Shown here: in pieces, positions 61,633 to 64,000 of the stretch | How the letters are laid out: the number at the start of each line of letters is the position of its first letter | Position numbering within the stretch: the first letter of the stretch is position 1 | NCBI RefSeq assembly: GCF_033153115.1 | Contig: NW_026889801.1 | Coordinates: forward strand, 11,408,001-11,472,000 | Direction: 5' to 3' | DNA: 64,000 bases | Origin: Saccostrea echinata | Taxonomy: Eukaryota | The notes under the pieces: generated by a model | The model's database searches: none | Told to the model about the DNA's origin: nothing | Seen by the model: only the letters and a program-made list of their open reading frames with translations | Made by a program: the position numbers and the translations under genes

Positions 61633-64000
61633 TGGAAAACCTCCGTATGTGTCTGCGCGGTTCAAGAGTTAAATTTATCGCTTACAAATATGGAGTGGAA
61701 CGAACCCGACTTGATTAAATAACAAGCAATGAGTGCCATGTGCGGATCAAAGGGGTGGGGTCTGGACCAAACCCCTTGGAAAGGATGACTGCACTTAACT
61801 GCTTAAGGACATGCGAAATTTGCGACAAAATAAACTATATCAAAACAAGCATTTTTCTTTTCATTGCAAGAATGATCAACATCCAATCTACAACTTTGTG
61901 TAGTTTCGTTTATATAATAAACAAACTGATAAAAGTGTGTATTTACGAAGTTCGAATCTGTTTTCAAAGGCAGGGGTCATCACAATTTCTTGAATCTCCG
62001 TACGATAATGAGGACGCCCACTTTTTTTTTACTGACTTTATACATAGTCAGCGCACGTTTGTCTATTGTTCTCCGTTTCACAATAGTTGTATATTTGCAT
62101 AAATAATAATGTATCAAAAGGAGATCATGCGCTCATGGTTAAAAGGAGAGAGAGAAAAACTGCTTCTTCTTACATTCGCTCTCTGTGTTGTAACTAAGGA
62201 TTGTGACATGTTGAATATTATAATCATGCCAAGAAATCCCGTCCATTTTTCCACAGCGATGGAGTCAATAAAAGTGTAATTGATGCAAATCACCCATATT
62301 CCCCTAACGCTGGCGAGACAATTAACGGCAGCAGATTTGAGGGGGTGGATCCTAAGTTTTCCGTTTTCTTAGTCAAAGAAAAAATAAACTTCTACCCCAG
62401 GAAGTAGCCTCCTATGCCCTGAAAAAAAAAAGTTCCTGTCAAAAACCTTTATTTATTTACAAAATATGTAAAATGCACTAGACACAGGTACCAAAATTGT
62501 AAAAACTAGACTGGAAGGAAACTTAAAAAAAAATCAAAAGGAAAAAATAATAATTTTATATGTATGGAACTACAATTGACTAAGTTCATTTTCATTGGTC
62601 AATTACCGGTATGATACCTTAATAAGGCGCGAGACTTCCACAACAACCAAGTTCATCGTGCCCGATGTTAATTTATACTAGGAAAAAAATGTTTTGATAT
62701 ATAAACACTGAAAAATTTGAAAGGCGTCTAATTTTTACTGAACAATTAATTAGTTCACTACAATTGATTTCACTTTTTCTTCTTCTTTTTTTTTTTAACT
62801 TTTTTAACTGCATATGATTTGCATGGAAAATCGCCCCCCCCCCCCTTTTAAAAAAAAACAACAGGAAAAAAGGTGCAAAGGCTTCTAAATAGTAAGTATT
62901 CTAGCTTTAATTTCAAACCAGTAAAACTTAAGATCCTTCCCTCAAAACTGCTGACATTAATTGCCTCGCACACATCTCCCTGGGGAAAAATCACAGATTA
63001 ACGCTAATTCCGCTTTCATTGAGTTCGCTCTAAAACTAGAATGCGTACCTTTTCTTGGCATGTCACCACGTGATGTCCTACCTCAGTTAACTTTGTGAAT
63101 ATACTAAATTCCGTCACGTGACTTGTAAGGTAGCATGTTTTGTGCTAACTAGGACATTGTGTTCGAACACGTTAAGTCATCTGGCATTGATAAACAATCT
63201 GTTTCAATTACATATATTGACGTGCTCATATTGTTAGTTTCGTTTTGAAACCTTTGTCAGAAGTGTATTTGTGCCATACAGAATGGAGAGGGAGATTGGA
63301 AAGAGTGATCACGTTCTTTTTTTTTTTCAAACATGTCATTGTTATTGATCACGTCTAATCTTTTACCCATATTTACAATGTTAGCCCCACCTCTCATGCA
63401 TATCTAATGTTCAATCAAGGGCAGGTAAGTGTAAATTCACTATATTTGGAAAGCACTAAGGACAAAAAACATTGAATCATTTTATTGTATCACAGTCTAA
63501 AATCATTTCAAGATTTAAATTTGGTTCCAAATTGACAGGATTCTTTCATAAACATACAAAAGTAAAATAAGGTTTAGATATAAAAGCAACAGAAGCAACC
63601 GAAAAAGACCCAAAAACAGGCGTTAAGTGCAGTCATCCTTTCAGAAAATTTGTATTCGTGTATGAAGTTTGATGAAAATACCTTGAATAGTTTCTTTAAA
63701 ACTGGGTTAAGTACACAAAAAATAGTAAAGTCAAAGGTCATTGTGAAGGTCAAAGTAAAAAAAGGAAACAGTTTATCACTTCTGACCAATTAATGTGTCG
63801 GACAAGCTTAGGCCATCTTTAAAAAAATGCTTGGTTGCCCTCTCCCGACCGACTGGCAAAAATGGCATTTATTTCTTATATATTCAGGAAAAAAAGATCT
63901 TGAAAATTCAGCATTGATGTTGAAATATCCCGGGAATTTTTTTTTCAACCTACCTTTACCGATCCAATGCTTTTTTTTCACCCTCAGTCAGAGAGATGGC

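Overview
AT-rich, intron-rich animal genomic DNA. The repeat landscape and gene families suggest an oyster-like bivalve (inference). Host genes were spliced by hand using GT-AG sites and intron phase: the 3' 15 exons of INCENP (+, 139-21704), a stand-alone YccV/HspQ-domain gene (+, 27935-32113), a PMP22/claudin-family tetraspan (-, 34624-36714), OSTM1 (+, 38295-42461), a disrupted B-box/NHL (TRIM-like) gene (+, 50616-56859) and a 3-exon gene with a candidate PD-(D/E)xK nuclease motif (-, 59041-61632). Two apparently intact autonomous DNA transposons each carry an exonuclease. The first is a 5.46-kb ISL2EU (PIF/Harbinger-related) element in an INCENP intron, with a THAP-HTH-DDE transposase and a convergent SAP-SWIM-YqaJ gene. 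The second is a ~5.2-kb element with a 13-exon, ~851-aa open gene fusing a DxxH-type DDE transposase to a DEDDh exonuclease with a PML/Plex9-like tail. It sits in sense orientation just downstream of two B-boxes and has atypical junctions; this is the most interesting object here. The rest is many non-autonomous elements (hAT, Tc1/mariner, Zator-, Ginger-, AcademH-, Helentron- and Crypton-like, SINEs), a minisatellite built from an exon end plus its splice donor, and a strong excess of TACATGTA. Family assignments rest on motif recognition; no searches were run.
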